64,000 nucleotides of DNA from Ascidiella aspersa. Taxonomy: Eukaryota. The notes beneath the pieces are model-generated. The model searched no databases and had not been told where the DNA came from. It was given only the letters and a program-made list of their open reading frames with translations. This document shows positions 59,754-64,000 of this stretch, piece by piece. The stretch covers positions 25,358,001 through 25,422,000 of the forward strand of contig OZ004612.1 in assembly GCA_963924565.1 (NCBI GenBank), read 5' to 3'. The position numbers were made by a program, and so were the translations under genes. Positions within the stretch are counted from its first letter, which is position 1, and each line of letters starts with the position of its first letter.

Positions 59754-60250
59754 CAGACTTGGACAACTAGGTAATTCTAGTTTTCTAATTCAATAAATTA
59801 GAGCAAAATGCAGCTAATTCTAATTCTAATCTAATTCGTGAATTGCTTGTGTGCTCTAATTCTAGTTCTAATCTAATTCGGATTTTACCAAAAATCCTAC
59901 TTTGTCCAACGACATTTTTAGTCTCTTACGTTTCAACTAAAGAATTTGAATTCAAACTCTTTAGTTGAAACGTAATTTTCACGGACTAAAATCATAATAT
60001 GCTATGCTAAAATGCTTAAAAATTAGCACACACATAATTGACATGCACATTCCTATTAAAACACTTCTCGATTTTAATGTAATTGATTGTGAACAATAAA
60101 ATGTAATTTTAGTTAAAATTCTAGTTCAAATTCGTTTTTTTAAGAATTCGGTAATTTTAATTCTAATTTAATTTGGAAAAAATGAAATGCTCTAATTTAA
60201 ATTCTAATCTAATTTTAAAAAGCTAAAATAAATCTAGTTGTCCAAGTCTG
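59754..60250. mobile_element. MITE with 17-bp TIR
   Basis: Perfect TIR CAGACTTGGACAACTAG, subterminal AATTCTAAT repeats, internal palindrome at 59928-59973; no clear TSD. Confidence 0.65.
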
Positions 60251-61687
60251 GCCTGTAGCGTTTAGCCTTAGTCGTGTCTAAATGAGACGTTAATGTCAGT
60301 GTCACACAGTTTTAATTCGGTGCTTGGAAATTTGTTTTCGAACGATTCGTTACCCTTCCTAAACAGAACTTTTTAAAAACGTTCGCACAATTGTGCGCGA
60401 TGGAAAACGGGTAAAGGCCAATGGAATTCGCGTTGTTTCAAATCAGCGGAAATGGTTTAGCGCGTGAGAACGAACTTTAGTAGATTTTTCCATAGTCACC
60501 AACATAAGGTTTACAAGACGCACTCGCGATTGTAAATGACTGTGCAAATTCAATGCGGCTTCGATTTAATTTGAACGGATATTTCCAGCAAAACATTTAA
60601 TACAGATTTCGTATGGTACAAAATCGCATGTTTTAACGCCGTGAATGATTTTAACTGTTTCTCACGCTATTTGTATCACAGTGGTTCGCAACCTTTTCTG
60701 GTCGCCCACCACTTAGCAGTGTTGTAATGACGTGAGTCTATGACTTCAATGCACTGAAGTAATGTTTTCAAATGACTTGACTTAACATGCGGTTACATTA
60801 CTTATATATCTTAATTTTTGTACATAAAACAATTTGCTTGCAAAATTGATGCGTTTTGGTTATTTTTTATTTGGGTTATTGCTCGTAATCCAGCTAGTTT
60901 ATTAAGTTTAGTAGCTTAACAATGATTTTTTATAACAAGAACTTGATTGACTTGCTATACTTAGCCTATGCCTTTTTGCTATGACTTGACTTGTGATTTC
61001 TTTAAAATGACTTGAATTGACTTAGGTTATTTATAATAGAGTTCACTTGGACTCGAGTCATTTTTAAATGATTTGTTTACAGCACTGTCAATATTATAAC
61101 AGTGGCTCCAAGTCACCATAGAAAAAACAACATTTTAATCAACGACATTCATAATAATTAGAGAAACCGAAAAAAATAAAAAAAAATCGCTGCAAGCCTA
61201 CAGCAGTAGAATTACGTTAATTTACAACATTGGTCTGTTACGGCGTAAAGAGAATACAACTTATTGCAGTCGCAATAATATTAGCTAACGATAATTTTCC
61301 TGCGCATAAGACATGGAAGCCATTGCTAATTACTATACTGGTACGAGGTTCATGAACTATATGGTCTGTGGACCTCTTAGTGACATGTCGACTATTTTTT
61401 TTGGGTTCCAAGAGCTCCTAATTAAAGTATTGGCGTATGGCCAAACGGAAAGGGAACATAGTTTAATAAAAAACGTTAAGGCGCCTTGTCCTTGAAATTA
61501 TTAAGGCTCAATTTCATATTACGTTCGTTAAACCGAAAACAGTTGGTCTTTTTGTTTCAGCTTCGCTAAAACCTTTTTTAAACATCATGTAAAACTTAAT
61601 GCCGATCATCTTCGACGCAAACAACAATTGTTTTAAGCGTCTTTATTAAAAAAGTGTCACGTTGACTTCAGATAAAGGATCACTTAG

Positions 61688-62047
61688 CAAGGCTGCAAAG
61701 ACGATTAAAAATAACCCGAGTCCGACTCCGGCCAAGAAATAAACCCGAATCCCGAGTCTGACTTCGGCCAAATGTCTGACTTCTTCGAGTACCCAGCTCG
61801 TCTCCGACTCTACAGCTTGTATTTTACCCATTTAAGTATCTAAATAAGGGTGGATTGTCAGGAATCCCGTATAGGGGTGTCATATCATGAATCCACTTAC
61901 AATGTGTGGTTGGGATAATCCAGTATATGCTATTCCACCTTTACAACAGTTGGCGGCCGTGTCAGTTACAAAATTTGCTACTGCGCATGCGGTCTTACTC
62001 GAGTTCCGAGTCTGACCTCAGCAAAACAAACCGACTCCGCAGCCCTG
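61688..62047 (-). mobile_element. hAT-like MITE, CAGGGCTGCGGAGTCGG family
   Basis: Terminal CCGACTCCGCAGCCCTG and internal GCATGCGCAGTA motif; other copies at ~3430-3746, 36214-36534, 43043-43455 and 57511-57840. Confidence 0.72.
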
Positions 62048-64000
62048 CCACTCAGTTAGACTATGTTTAACACACGTTGTCTGTCAATGGTTTTAATTGA
62101 TTGAAGTTTGTCCACTGTGTTGAACTCTGCTTCACATTTTGGATAGCGGTCAGTTGTTGCTTTTTTGTGCGTTTTTAACTATTTAACCTTTTGTTTTTCT
62201 AGGTCCGGTGAACGATAAAAGGCGAAGATTGCAAAGTTTTACCCTTTTGCAAAATCAACGCATATCTACATTTAATATAATAAGTTAATTCAACGTTTCA
62301 CGCTTCTATTCTTACTAAGTGCTGATTAGCGTTATTTGATGCTTGACATTTTATTCCAAAGCACAAACTTTCAAAAATTTATCGCAATCCGTAATAAATC
62401 TCGTCACAACTATGCTCACAAAAGCAAAAACTTAAGACGTCCTAAGGCAATTGATGGGTTTAAATGCCAATAAAACTATAGGAAGTTAAATTACTTCTAG
62501 TTGTTTACCTACTGTTTTTGATTAGTTTGCCTTTCAAGGTATAGAATCGCTATGTTGGATCGCAAATCATGGCTTAATTTTTTTACTAACTTGGAATCGG
62601 ATTGCTACCGATACAACCATAGTATCGGACGTGTACCGATACTAACACCTTGTATCGGCCGCGATCCGATATATTACCGGACATCCCTAGGCCTGATGAA
62701 GCACGGTTGTAAACTGACAGTCTTATATTCCAATTTTGTCCGTTAATAGTGCCACTGACAACAAAGACTATTTAGTATCTATACACATAGCTGATGTGTT
62801 ACTTTTTACAATGACCGTCGTTTTTGTATTTATCAAATCCCAATAAACACCAAAACCTGTTTTGACTAACCTTGAATAAATTTAAGGCTTTTTTTGCTTC
62901 GTTGTTCGCCGACTGCAAATATATTGTGGCTTGGTATGTGTACATCTACTGGTTTTTATTTTCGCTTCTGTCGTTATACTTATATTCGTTATATTGAACG
63001 CGATTAAATTACATACACACAGAGAAAAGGTTTTACTTTTCGTGAAGTCAGAAAGAGCAATATTGGAGAACGTAAATTAAAAAAACACTTGAAATCACAA
63101 GCGCTGACAGACGAAACCATTTTCACAAAATACACAAACAGTTTAAAGGTGCATAGAAACTTTTGCATCGGTAAAAGTGGCAGACAGAAAGAACAATGGA
63201 AAAATTAAGGGCAATTAGCATTATAATACTTTCAAGGCGCGGTGGTAGGTGGTACGCTGTGTTCTAACAATTTAAATACCATGTGTTGGTGAGCAAAAAG
63301 CCTTTAGATTACCTCGGTCCAAGACTTTGGCGCGCCATATTTGCTCCACAGCCAAAATATGAACGCCATTTTTTGGCTGGGGAGCCACAGCAAAACAGCA
63401 TTTGCTCCGGCTCCAGTCCTGGACGTCATTACTATGGCCAAATGAGCGAAATAAAAGTTAATCGTACTAACATAGAAAAATGAGCTATTGGCATCAATCT
63501 TGATTTAAAAATAACCTAAAAGTAAACCTAGCTTTAACTTTGACATAATTTATTGGTGCAACCACTTTCCTTTAAAATCCATTATGGCCAAGTTTAAACC
63601 AAGTTATACGACGACTGAAAAGGTTTCACTGCGTTGTTAGAGACGGGAAGAGGTAGTGAGAAAATCTTCCAAAACCTTATTAAATCGTTCAGGAAAGCGG
63701 AGATGCAGATTGTGTTTTGCGTCATCCCAAACTTCCAATCTGAACGTAATGTAAACGAACTATAGTCTTATAAAAAAATTTACCGAATAAAATGCTTTAA
63801 TTTTTAAAGAATAATTATTTTAACATTAGGGTAGCATTTAATGGGTTACATAAAACCTTTTGGAAATTTGGAATTTTATAGCTTTATCTTTTTCAAGAAA
63901 GAGGTCACTCGTTTACATCGTGCATCAGAGTGTATAAATACAAACTGTCACGATTTGGTTTAAATTAAAAATTTTGTTTGAGGCAAAAATGAAAAATAAG

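Noticed and set aside
61311-62218. Possible micro-exon chain on + (MEAIANYYT-ASLKPFLNI-MSGER*)
   Set aside because: Phases fit, but donors are weak, the product is tiny and there is no homology; could be chance.

Overview
Eukaryotic (animal) genomic DNA with AT-rich, repeat-laden introns and GC-richer exons; an invertebrate chordate such as a tunicate is my best guess, which is inference only. The minus strand from ~40630 down to the window start holds the 5' ~60% of a multi-exon acetyl-CoA carboxylase gene. I reconstructed 26 coding exons by hand with consistent GT-AG phases: 1352 codons covering the BC, BT, BCCP (VMKM biotin site) and part of the central domain. The CT domain lies outside the window. 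The 12-kb first coding intron holds a candidate alternative first exon and an intronless, same-strand nested orphan ORF (256 aa). That ORF has two CxxC pairs plus AMPK/14-3-3, PP1 and PP2A-B56-type short motifs. The ACC locus also carries at least six near-consensus LXR-type DR4 elements clustered with SRE-like, E-box and CCAAT motifs. Divergently, the plus strand encodes a complete 8-exon, 323-aa secreted ZP-domain protein with no membrane anchor and an extra Cys. After it on the minus strand is a small secreted 'GWRRRR' prepropeptide candidate. Non-coding DNA is full of hAT/Harbinger MITEs, a tRNA-derived SINE, long palindromes and Penelope-type minimal hammerhead ribozyme motifs (one intact). 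There is an assembly gap at 52058-52585.
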